Assembly (NCBI GenBank): GCA_018400405.1
Contig: JAGYMX010000002.1
Location: 1 to 36,150, forward strand
Length of the DNA: 36,150 nt
Source: a bacterium
Lineage (GTDB): Bacteria > Patescibacteriota > Minisyncoccia > Minisyncoccales > PWPS01
Direction of reading: 5' to 3'
Part shown: positions 21,986-29,458 of the stretch, in pieces
Layout: each line of letters opens with the position of its first letter
Position numbering within the stretch: position 1 is the stretch's first letter
Position numbers and translations under genes: made by a program
The notes under the pieces: model-generated
What the model saw: only the letters and a program-made list of their open reading frames with translations
The model's database searches: none
What the model was told of the DNA's origin: nothing

Positions 21986-23300
21986 AAAAATAATTCGTAA
22001 AATGAAACTCTTTCTTATAGCGTATCACTTTCTTTATGCATTCTTTGGAGCGTTGTTTTATTTTTTCCCTTCACGAAAAATGAAAGTAATTGCTGTTACG
22101 GGGACCAATGGAAAAACAACAACCGTTGAGCTTATTACACAAACACTTAAAGAAGCAGGCTTTACTGTTGCTGCATTTTCTTCTATAAAATTTGAAATAG
22201 CCGGAAGAGAGGAGCCAAATCTTTTCAAAATGACGATGCCTGGGAGAGCAACACTACAAAAACTTTTAAGAAGAGCGGTAAATAACGGATGTGAAATTGC
22301 TGTAATAGAAGTAACATCTGAAGGAATAAGACAGCACAGGCACAGATTTATAAATATTGATACAGCGATCTTTACAAATCTTTCTCCGGAACACATCGAG
22401 TCCCACGGGGGATTTAAAAACTACAGAAAAGAAAAAAGAAAACTTTTTTTTGCAGCAAAAGACACTCATATTATTAATATTGATGACGAAAATGCGGATT
22501 ATTTTTTAGATGTTCCAAGTAAAAGAAAAATATGTTACGGAATAAATTTTTCCTCAAAAATACTTAAAAAAAAGAAAGAAAACTCTGAAATTATTCGTGC
22601 AAAAGATATTAAAATTTTAGGAAAAGGTGTTTCTTTTAAGGTAAAAGAAGAAAGTTTTTATCTTAATCTTTCGGGAAAGTTTAACGTTTATAACGCTCTT
22701 GCTGCTCTTGCCGTGTGTAAAAAAGAGGGAGTTAAATTTGAAAAAGCAAGGGAAGCATTCAGAAAAGTACAAACGGTTCCAGGAAGAATGGAAGAAGTTA
22801 TTTCTTCTCCTTTTTGCGTGATAGTAGATTATGCAGTTACCCCCGTAACATTAGAAAGCGTATATAAAGAGATTAGAGAAAATATTTCTTCAAAAAGAGT
22901 AATTTCTGTTTTTGGTTCCTGTGGAGGAGGAAGAGATAAGTGGAAACGACCGGTTTTAGGAGAGATTGCTAAAAAGTACTGTGATAAAATAATTCTTACC
23001 AATGAAGATCCGTATGATGAGGATCCGCAAGAAATAATTGATGACATTGAAAAAGGCTTTTTTAAAAATAAAAACGGAAGCTCGCAAATTCCACAATATG
23101 AAAAAATTTTGGATAGAAGAAAAGCAATAAAAAAAGCATTAGAAGTAGCAGAAGAAAATGACGTAATAATTATTACCGGGAAGGGAAGTGAACCGTGGAT
23201 GTGTGTTGCTGGAGATAAAAAAATTTCGTGGGATGATCGGAAAATAATAAAAGAAGAAGCAAAAAAATTAGGAATATTAATCAATGAAGAAAAAACATAA
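21978..23300 (+). CDS. murE: Mur ligase, MurE-like (UDP-MurNAc-tripeptide synthetase), lacking the usual N-terminal domain
   Basis: 440 aa. P-loop VIAVTGTNGKTTT at about residue 38, TNLSPEHIESHGGFKNYRKEKRKLF, DYAVTPVTLESV, FGSCGGGRDKWKRPVLGEIAKKYCDKIILTNEDPYDEDPQEII (compare MurE DYAHTP / GCGGDRDxxKRP). The N-terminus is a hydrophobic stretch LFLIAYHFLYAFFGALFYFF. Confidence 0.75.
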   Translation: MIKKIIRKMKLFLIAYHFLYAFFGALFYFFPSRKMKVIAVTGTNGKTTTVELITQTLKEAGFTVAAFSSIKFEIAGREEPNLFKMTMPGRATLQKLLRRAVNNGCEIAVIEVTSEGIRQHRHRFINIDTAIFTNLSPEHIESHGGFKNYRKEKRKLFFAAKDTHIINIDDENADYFLDVPSKRKICYGINFSSKILKKKKENSEIIRAKDIKILGKGVSFKVKEESFYLNLSGKFNVYNALAALAVCKKEGVKFEKAREAFRKVQTVPGRMEEVISSPFCVIVDYAVTPVTLESVYKEIRENISSKRVISVFGSCGGGRDKWKRPVLGEIAKKYCDKIILTNEDPYDEDPQEIIDDIEKGFFKNKNGSSQIPQYEKILDRRKAIKKALEVAEENDVIIITGKGSEPWMCVAGDKKISWDDRKIIKEEAKKLGILINEEKT

Positions 23301-23307
23301 CAAAAAA

Positions 23308-23433
23308 ATGTCAAAAGGGTTAAGAAGGCATATAAGGAAAGAAAAAGCACGTATTAGACGTGAGGTATTAGAGAAAGAAAAACAAGACAAAGAGATAAAA
23401 AAAATTTTAGAAAAGTATAAAAAGCGTTTTTAA
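23308..23433 (+). CDS. Possible small basic protein (41 aa)
   Basis: ATG 23308 to TAA 23431-23433: MSKGLRRHIRKEKARIRREVLEKEKQDKEIKKILEKYKKRF. It fills the murE-NIF3 gap exactly. Below the ORF-track threshold, and I recognise no family. Confidence 0.3.
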   Translation: MSKGLRRHIRKEKARIRREVLEKEKQDKEIKKILEKYKKRF

Positions 23434-23460
23434 ATTAACCGCCTGAGATTTCTTTTTTGA

Positions 23461-24426
23461 ATGATTTTGATGGCCAAAAATATGACTATTGAAGAGATAT
23501 ATAATCTTGTAATAATGACAGGTATTGATGCTGATTTTCGGGAAGAAAAGAGTATTAAAGATAATCTTTCGCGATTAAAAGAAAAATATGAAAAGATGTC
23601 TGATGAAGAAAAAGAAGAGTATGATAAAGAAAGATTAGAGAATCCTTTCTCAGATACGCGGATTCTTTTTGGAGATCGGAAAAAAGAAGTAAAAAAAATA
23701 CTTGTCGGAATTGATATTGATGGAGAAGAGATGCTCCTTGCAAAAACAATGGGAGATGTTGATCTTGTTCTTTCACATCATCCTCGGGGGATAGCTCTTG
23801 CCGGACTTGACGATGTAATGCAACTTCAAATAGATGTAATGCATCTTTATGGAGTTCCAGTAAATGTTGCTGAAAAAATGATTAAAAAAAGAATAGAAGA
23901 AGTTTCTCGAGGCCTCTCTCCGGCAAACCATAATCGAGTTGTAGATATGGCACGACACTTAGGAGTTCCCCTTATGTGTGCACATACGCCTTGTGATAAT
24001 CTTGCGGCAAAATATGTGAAAGAAAAAATTGAAAAAGAAAACCCTGTTTTTTTAGAAGATGTTATGAACGTTTTAAAAAAGATTCCTGAATACAAAGAAG
24101 CGATAAAGATGGGTGCTGGTCCACAGATTTTTGTAGGAAACAAAAGCAATAGAGCAGGAAAGATTGTTATTACAGAGATGACGGGAGGAACAGAAGGAGC
24201 TCCAGAGATATATGAAAAATTGTCACAAGCAGGGGCGGGGACAGTAGTTGGTATGCATATTTCGGAAAAGCATCGCGAAGCAGCGGAAAAAGCACATATA
24301 AATGTAATTGTTGCTGGACATATGTCTTCTGACTCCATAGGAGTAAACTTTTTTCTTGATAAGTTAGAAAAAAAAGGTATAGAGATTGTCTCTTGTTCTG
24401 GTTTAATAAGATATTCGAGAAATTAG
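23461..24426 (+). CDS. NIF3-like (DUF34, dinuclear metal centre) family protein
   Basis: 321 aa. …DLVLSHHPRG…, …MCAHTPCDNL…, …VVGMHISEKH…VIVAGHMSSDSIG resemble the conserved His/Asp clusters of NIF3/YbgI-type proteins. Assignment is from motif memory. Confidence 0.55.
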   Translation: MILMAKNMTIEEIYNLVIMTGIDADFREEKSIKDNLSRLKEKYEKMSDEEKEEYDKERLENPFSDTRILFGDRKKEVKKILVGIDIDGEEMLLAKTMGDVDLVLSHHPRGIALAGLDDVMQLQIDVMHLYGVPVNVAEKMIKKRIEEVSRGLSPANHNRVVDMARHLGVPLMCAHTPCDNLAAKYVKEKIEKENPVFLEDVMNVLKKIPEYKEAIKMGAGPQIFVGNKSNRAGKIVITEMTGGTEGAPEIYEKLSQAGAGTVVGMHISEKHREAAEKAHINVIVAGHMSSDSIGVNFFLDKLEKKGIEIVSCSGLIRYSRN

Positions 24427-24428
24427 AA

Positions 24429-25976
24429 TTATAAATCTTTTACCATATAGCTTCCCCTTAACTGGTATCCAAGATTTTTCCAGTAATCTCTTACTCCCAC
24501 TCCGGAAATTACGGCAACACGCTTTTTTTTGAACTCTTCTCTCGTTATCTTTTCTGCTATCTTTACCAGTTTTTTCCCCATTCCCTTGTGTTGAGGAGAG
24601 CTTTTGTTTTGTCCTTTGACAGGGAGATGCAAGCCGTAGGTTTTTATCTCTCGTATTATTGCAGAGTTTTTTAAAGAAAGAAAAGGAGTTTTTTCTGGTT
24701 TTCGTAATCGTAAAAGAGCAAAAAGTTTACTTCTATCTTTGTTTTCTAAAGAAAGAAAAATCTCATTTCCCTTTGAAGCAAGATAATTTTCTCGGAAAAG
24801 ATAGACTTTTTCAGAAGGGTTGTATGATTCTTTTACTTCTCGACACCGAATACAGCGACATCTCCACTTTTCTTTTTCTGCTACTTTTGCGACAACTTCT
24901 CTTAAGTTTGAAACCTTGCATCCCGCGAAAATGTGTTTTGCGGGAATATCTCGGAAAAGGCGCTGGATGCGGACATAATAAGGAATGATGTCTTTTTTTA
25001 TTTTTGCAATTATTTTTACAAGTTGTTTTTCACTAAAAGGAGTATACTTTCCTTTTTTAAAAAGAGAGAAAAGTTCTGTATTAGCAATGACAAGGCAAGG
25101 ATATATTTTTAAAAAGTCCGGTTGGTAATCAGAATTTTGAAAAAGCTCTTTAAATGTTTTTATGTCTTTTTGAGGAGTGCTTTTGGGCAGGTTTAACATT
25201 ACTTGATAACAAATCTTAAAACCCGCATCTTTTAGAAGTTTTGTTGCCCTTATCGTTGATTCTGTGGTGTGACCTCTTTTTATAAAAGAAAGAACATTGT
25301 TATCTACAGACTGCACCCCGAGCTCTACCATCGTCACTCCGAGAGCACGCATTTCTTTTATTTCTTCTTTTGTTATAAAATCTGGTCTTGTCTCTATAGA
25401 AAGACAAACAATGCGGTGTTTTGCTTTTTCGTTTTTTCTCTGTGATTCTTTGAGTGTTTTGCTTTTCTTTTTATTGCACGCATCAAAACAATTTTTAACA
25501 AACCATCTCCTGTATTTTTTTGGATAAAAAGACCATGTTCCTCCAACAATGCGAAGCTCTATCTTTTCTGTCGGATGCCCTGTTTTTTCTAATGCTTCTA
25601 TCCTTTTTGTAGTTTGTTTTGCCGGATGGTAGTTACTCATCCATGCACGCATTGCGGCTGGTTCGTCTTTTAAGTAACTTTTTGGTGATGCCTTTTCATC
25701 TGGACAGTAGATACATTTTCCAGGGCAAGGGAATGGCTTTGTGAGAACGGAAATATTAACTACCCCAGAAAGAGAACGAACGGGACGTGTTCGAAGAAGA
25801 GAAACTGTCTGTTCCTTACTTCCTCCCATTTTGTGATAGAATTGGAGGAGATGGACATTGGAAAGAAAAGAAGTTTTATATTTTTTTGCAAAAATTTTCT
25901 TTATCTTTTCAAGATCTTTTGCCGTTGTTACTTCTCCTTGGTCAATTTTTTTAATTATTTCTTTTTCAATTTTCAT
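24429..25976 (-). CDS. elp3: Elp3-family radical-SAM/GNAT tRNA uridine(34) modification enzyme
   Basis: Start trimmed to ATG 25976 (MKIEKEIIKKIDQG…); the 67 extra N-terminal residues in the ORF track overlap the divergent gene. Radical SAM cluster motif …KPFPCPGKCIYCPDE…, Elp3-type core …RIVGGTWSFYP…, …LSIETRPDFI…, …GVTMVELGVQS…. GNAT C-terminus QHKGMGKKLVKIAEKI…RVAVISGVGVRDYWKNLGYQLRGSYMVKDL. Confidence 0.85.
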   Translation of the reverse strand: MKIEKEIIKKIDQGEVTTAKDLEKIKKIFAKKYKTSFLSNVHLLQFYHKMGGSKEQTVSLLRTRPVRSLSGVVNISVLTKPFPCPGKCIYCPDEKASPKSYLKDEPAAMRAWMSNYHPAKQTTKRIEALEKTGHPTEKIELRIVGGTWSFYPKKYRRWFVKNCFDACNKKKSKTLKESQRKNEKAKHRIVCLSIETRPDFITKEEIKEMRALGVTMVELGVQSVDNNVLSFIKRGHTTESTIRATKLLKDAGFKICYQVMLNLPKSTPQKDIKTFKELFQNSDYQPDFLKIYPCLVIANTELFSLFKKGKYTPFSEKQLVKIIAKIKKDIIPYYVRIQRLFRDIPAKHIFAGCKVSNLREVVAKVAEKEKWRCRCIRCREVKESYNPSEKVYLFRENYLASKGNEIFLSLENKDRSKLFALLRLRKPEKTPFLSLKNSAIIREIKTYGLHLPVKGQNKSSPQHKGMGKKLVKIAEKITREEFKKKRVAVISGVGVRDYWKNLGYQLRGSYMVKDL

Positions 25977-25979
25977 AGA

Positions 25980-26642
25980 ATGAAGAAAAAAGAAGCTCAA
26001 AAAATAATGGAAGAGCTGCGAGATGATTATAACGCGGTAGCCTCTTCTTTTGCAAGCACACGGGATCGTTTGTGGCCAGAAATGAAGTTTCTTTTCAGGG
26101 GTGCAGAAGAAGGTGAAAGGGTTCTTGACATAGGGTGTGGAAACGGAAGATTTTCTCGTTACCTTGAAAAAACACACTACACAGGAGTTGATTTTTCAGA
26201 GAAGATGATTAAAGAAGCAAAAAAGCGGTTTCCTAAAAAAAACTTTATTATAGGGAATGCTCTTTCGCTTCCCTTTATAAGCGACACTTTTTCCAAGGTG
26301 TACAGTATTGCTGTTATTCACCAGATTCCTTCTCCTGAGAATCGAAGAAGATTTGTTTTAGAAGCAAAAAGAGTCCTTTCTCCTGGAGGAAAACTTTTCT
26401 TGACTGCTTGGAATATAAAAAAAGGAAGAAGTTTTTTTTGCGCAAAAGAAGCGATAAAAAATTTTTTTTCTTCTAATTTTCTTGGGAAAAAAGATATTTA
26501 TTTAAAAAGAAAAAGATATTATTATCTTTTTTCCCAAAAAGAACTTTCTTCTCTTGTTGTTTCTTGCAAAATGAAAATAGAAGAAGAAGGAGAAGTAAAA
26601 AAAGGAAAAAGAAGTAATTTTTATATCATTGCGAAAAAGTAA
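25980..26642 (+). CDS. Class I SAM-dependent methyltransferase, Trm9/ALKBH8-MT-like
   Basis: Start trimmed to ATG 25980 (MKKKEAQKIMEELRDDYNAVASSFASTRDRLWPEM…). …YNAVASSFASTRDRLWP… then VLDIGCGNGRFSRYL (motif I), …NALSLPFISDTFSKVYSIAVIHQIPSPENRRRFVLEAKRVLSPGGKLFLTAWN. These parallel yeast Trm9 …YNEIAPHFSQTRYKPWP…DVGCGNGKYL…SIAVVHH…GGQALIYCWA as I recall it. Confidence 0.65.
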   Translation: MKKKEAQKIMEELRDDYNAVASSFASTRDRLWPEMKFLFRGAEEGERVLDIGCGNGRFSRYLEKTHYTGVDFSEKMIKEAKKRFPKKNFIIGNALSLPFISDTFSKVYSIAVIHQIPSPENRRRFVLEAKRVLSPGGKLFLTAWNIKKGRSFFCAKEAIKNFFSSNFLGKKDIYLKRKRYYYLFSQKELSSLVVSCKMKIEEEGEVKKGKRSNFYIIAKK

Positions 26643-26689
26643 TTTTTCCCTTATAATCTTAAAAGATTTTTTATTAAAGTTTTTTAAGG

Positions 26690-27130
26690 ATGGAGCTTAA
26701 TATATATCACGTTTTTTTTCAGTTTTTACTCGCGTCTTTTTTAGGTGCTTGTATTGGAGTAGAGAGAGGATATAAAAGTAAACCAGCAGGAGTAAAAACA
26801 CATGCACTGGTCTCTCTTGGTGCAACTATTTTTGTTGTTCTTGGATACGGAGTTTTTTATGATTTTTTATCTTTTGAAACAAGCTTTGATCCTTCACGTG
26901 TTCTTTCTGCGATTGTTATGGGAGTAGGATTTATTGGAGGGGGGTTGATTATAAAAAGAGATTTTGAGGTTGAGGGGTTAACTACGGCTGCTGGGCTTTG
27001 GGTTGCTGCCGCTCTCGGAGCAACAGTTGGGCTTCGTCTTTATATTCCTGCAGTTTTTATCACTCTTCTCACTCTTCTTATTTTTCATGGGCTTGCTATT
27101 TTTGAAAGAAAATACATAAGAAAAAAGTAA
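26690..27130 (+). CDS. MgtC/SapB family membrane protein
   Basis: 146 aa, 4-5 hydrophobic helices, signature …GACIGVERGYKSKPAGVKTHALVSLGATIF…AAGLWVAAALGATVGL. Confidence 0.8.
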   Translation: MELNIYHVFFQFLLASFLGACIGVERGYKSKPAGVKTHALVSLGATIFVVLGYGVFYDFLSFETSFDPSRVLSAIVMGVGFIGGGLIIKRDFEVEGLTTAAGLWVAAALGATVGLRLYIPAVFITLLTLLIFHGLAIFERKYIRKK

Positions 27131-27175
27131 AAATATTATAAAGATTTTCCGAAATTATAAGGAGATCTTTTAAAA

Positions 27176-27511
27176 ATGAAACACTTAGGAACATTACTAA
27201 TTATTGCAGGAGTTTTTGTTATTTTTTATGGGCTTATCTACTCAACACAAGTTTTTCTACAGGGGAAAGAACCACCGGAAGTGTTTAAACCACAAGAGAT
27301 CTCTGTAAACGAACTTCTTGATATTGAATCTTCCAAAGAAAGTGGAAGCTTCGAGGAAGAGGCGATAGAAGTAAAAGATATTGATTTAGAGGAGGTTTTA
27401 CCGATTAGTCGTTTTTTTAACATCTTGGCAGTAAGTTTATTTGTAATGATTTTTATTTTTGGAGGAGCAAAACTGGTAACGGCGGGAGTTTCTATTTTGA
27501 AAGAGAGATAA
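27176..27511 (+). CDS. Hypothetical two-TM membrane protein with acidic loop
   Basis: 111 aa. AAGGAG SD at 27159-27164. TM1 LGTLLIIAGVFVIFYGLIY, acidic middle (…ESSKESGSFEEEAIEVKDIDLEE…), TM2 FNILAVSLFVMIFIFGGAKLV. Confidence 0.5.
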   Translation: MKHLGTLLIIAGVFVIFYGLIYSTQVFLQGKEPPEVFKPQEISVNELLDIESSKESGSFEEEAIEVKDIDLEEVLPISRFFNILAVSLFVMIFIFGGAKLVTAGVSILKER

Positions 27512-27668
27512 AAAAGCTTGTTGAGAAAAAGGTTTTAGAAAAAACGAAGAAAGTTTTCTGTTCTAATTACTGGTGATTGTTGTAATTGTTTTTTCTTTAT
27601 AGTATCTTGAAACAGGATGTTTATTCTGTTTTTTTGTTTACAAAGAGAAACGAATAAAAATTAAAAGA

Positions 27669-28268
27669 ATGATTAAACCAAATAAACTTATTTTAAAGAT
27701 TATCTGTGCTAGCTTTTTTGTACACGCCGGGTGGGGATTGATCACTCCTATTTTTGCTCTTTTTATTACCGGACAGATAAATGGAGGCAACGTGGAAATG
27801 GTTGGTATTGCTGTCGGGATATACTGGATAACAAAGTCACTTATTCAACCTTTCCTTGCATACCGAATGGATGTTGTTAAGGGAGAACATGACGATATGG
27901 TTTTTCTCCTTAGAGGAACTTTAATTGCCACCCTTGTTCCTCTTGTTTATATTTTCGTTTCTGAGGTTTGGCATGTTTTTCTCCTGGAAGCGGTTCGTGG
28001 TGTAGGATTTGCTATGGTTATTCCTACTTTAAGTGGTGTTCTTACGCGACATGTAGACAAGGACTGGGAGATTTATACCTGGAGTTTAGAAAGTACGGCG
28101 ATGGGGATGGCTGTCGGTTTTTCTGCCGTTTTTGGAGGAGTAGTTGCCGGGCTATTAGGGTTTCAAGCAGTTTTTCTTTTAGTGTCTTTAATTAGCGCTT
28201 TTTCTATGTGCGTTGTTTATTTTACGATTAAAAAAGATCCTTGGCTAAGAGATGGAAAAGAAAAGTAA
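27669..28268 (+). CDS. Polytopic membrane protein resembling one six-helix half of an MFS transporter
   Basis: 199 aa, about 6 hydrophobic segments. Resembles an MFS N-terminal half, but no second half follows (terminator and rplT come next). Function and intactness are uncertain. Confidence 0.4.
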   Translation: MIKPNKLILKIICASFFVHAGWGLITPIFALFITGQINGGNVEMVGIAVGIYWITKSLIQPFLAYRMDVVKGEHDDMVFLLRGTLIATLVPLVYIFVSEVWHVFLLEAVRGVGFAMVIPTLSGVLTRHVDKDWEIYTWSLESTAMGMAVGFSAVFGGVVAGLLGFQAVFLLVSLISAFSMCVVYFTIKKDPWLRDGKEK

Positions 28269-28302
28269 AACATATTTTTAAACATTATTTATTTGTAATT
28301 CA

Positions 28303-28334
28303 AAAACCCGCCTAACGTAATAGACGGGTTTTTT
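28303..28334. terminator. Bidirectional terminator between the membrane-protein gene (+) and rplT (-)
   Basis: aaaa-acccgcc-taacgtaata-gacgggt-tttttt. The stem at 28306-28312/28323-28329 has one C·A mismatch and is flanked by an A-run and a T-run. Confidence 0.6.
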
Positions 28335-28350
28335 AGATCTTTAAAAAATT

Positions 28351-28698
28351 TTATTTTTCTACTTCTTTTACAATTTTTTGAAAAGATTCTGGAAATTCTT
28401 TTGCAACGCGACTAAGAACTTTTCGATCAAGTTCAATATTTTTCTTTTTTAAATTGTAAATAAAATTATGGTAAGTAGTACTGTTTTTTCTACATGCAGC
28501 ATTAATAGAAATGTTCCACATTTTTCGCATTTCTCTCTTTTTTTTCTTTCTATCTCGGTAAGCATAACTCCACGCTTTCATTAGAGCTTCTTTTGCTGCT
28601 TTAAATTTATTTTTTCTTCCCCAACGAAACCCCTTTGCATTCTTCAAGAGATTTTTTCTTCTTTTGTGTGCTACTGTTCCTCTTTTAGTTCGGGGCAT
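28351..28698 (-). CDS. rplT: 50S ribosomal protein L20
   Basis: 115 aa. MPRTKRGTVAHKRRKNLLKNAKGFRWGRKNKFKAAKEALMKAWSYAYRDRKKKKREMRKMWNISINAA… is a canonical bL20. Confidence 0.95.
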   Translation of the reverse strand: MPRTKRGTVAHKRRKNLLKNAKGFRWGRKNKFKAAKEALMKAWSYAYRDRKKKKREMRKMWNISINAACRKNSTTYHNFIYNLKKKNIELDRKVLSRVAKEFPESFQKIVKEVEK

Positions 28699-28701
28699 GT
28701 T

Positions 28702-28902
28702 TTAATAAGTTAAAGATTTTTTTATTTTTTTTACTTCTGCTTTGCTCAACTCTTTTAATCGACGGAGCTTTCTTCTCTTTTCGGCGCTGTTTTTTGCACG
28801 ATAGTGCATCTGACCCACAAGCCGACGGAGTATTTTTCCGCTTTTTGTAATTTTGAATCTTTTCAAAATAGATTTTCTTGTTTTTGGTTTTCCTTTTTTC
28901 AT
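28702..28902 (-). CDS. rpmI: 50S ribosomal protein L35
   Basis: 66 aa. MKKGKPKTRKSILKRFKITKSGKILRR…HYRAKNSAEKRRKLR is a typical bL35. Its ATG overlaps the infC stop (ATGA). Confidence 0.92.
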   Translation of the reverse strand: MKKGKPKTRKSILKRFKITKSGKILRRLVGQMHYRAKNSAEKRRKLRRLKELSKAEVKKIKKSLTY

Positions 28903-29414
28903 TTTTTTATGATAGTTGTTGTTAGTCCTCTTGGTTCTCTGGATATTTCTTTTTCTCTTTTTATCTCTATTTTTTCTTCAAGCATTTTTAAAAATCCCTC
29001 CATCTTTTCTCGGGCTACTTCTTGGAGTGCTTTTTGTCTTCCTTTTAATGGAAGAACAATTCTCACAGAGTCGCCCTCTTTTAAAAACTTTTCCGCAGAT
29101 TTTCCTCTTATTTCCATGTCATGTTCTGAAATAGAAAAACCAAGACGGATTGATTTTACTTGTGGATTATTTGCTTTTTCTTGTTTTTTCTTTTTTTTCT
29201 TTTCAGCGTAAGTGTATTTTCCGTAATCAATAATTTTACAAACAGGGGGATTTACATTGTTAGTAATTTGTACCAAATCAAGATTTCTTTCTCGTGCTTT
29301 TTTTAAGCCTTCTTCCAAAGGAACTACTCCGAAGTGTTCTTCATTGTCAGAGACCAATCGTATTTCTTTCGCTCTTATGTTTTCGTTAACTGGTATTCTT
29401 TTTTCTTTTTTCAA
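28899..29414 (-). CDS. infC: Translation initiation factor IF-3 (non-ATG start)
   Basis: 171 aa. …INENIRAKEIRLVSDNEEHFGVVPLEEGLKKARERNLDLVQI…NPPVCKIIDYGKYTYAEKKK… aligns with IF-3. The codon at 29414-29412 is TTG, and there is no in-frame ATG upstream of the conserved N-terminus. infC-rpmI-rplT order is conserved. Confidence 0.9.
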   Translation of the reverse strand: MKKEKRIPVNENIRAKEIRLVSDNEEHFGVVPLEEGLKKARERNLDLVQITNNVNPPVCKIIDYGKYTYAEKKKKKKQEKANNPQVKSIRLGFSISEHDMEIRGKSAEKFLKEGDSVRIVLPLKGRQKALQEVAREKMEGFLKMLEEKIEIKREKEISREPRGLTTTIIKK

Positions 29415-29458
29415 GATGTTTGTTATTAGTTTTTTGAAAAGTTTTTGATAAATTATTG

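Noticed and set aside
22829-23350. 173-aa minus-strand ORF over the murE 3' end. Similar antisense ORFs lie at 23847-24338 over NIF3 and at 34235-34968 over ileS.
   Set aside because: All are antisense to genes with strong family motifs and have no motifs of their own. They are artefacts of AT-rich, stop-poor reverse frames.
25833-26177. 345-nt overlap of the two divergent ORFs as given in the track (Elp3 from 26177, methyltransferase from 25833)
   Set aside because: The extra N-terminal residues (MCFFKVTRKSSVSTPYVKN… and MIELEEMDIGKKRSFIFFCKNF…) are each the antisense of the other gene's conserved region. Internal ATGs at 25976 and 25980 give N-termini consistent with the families.
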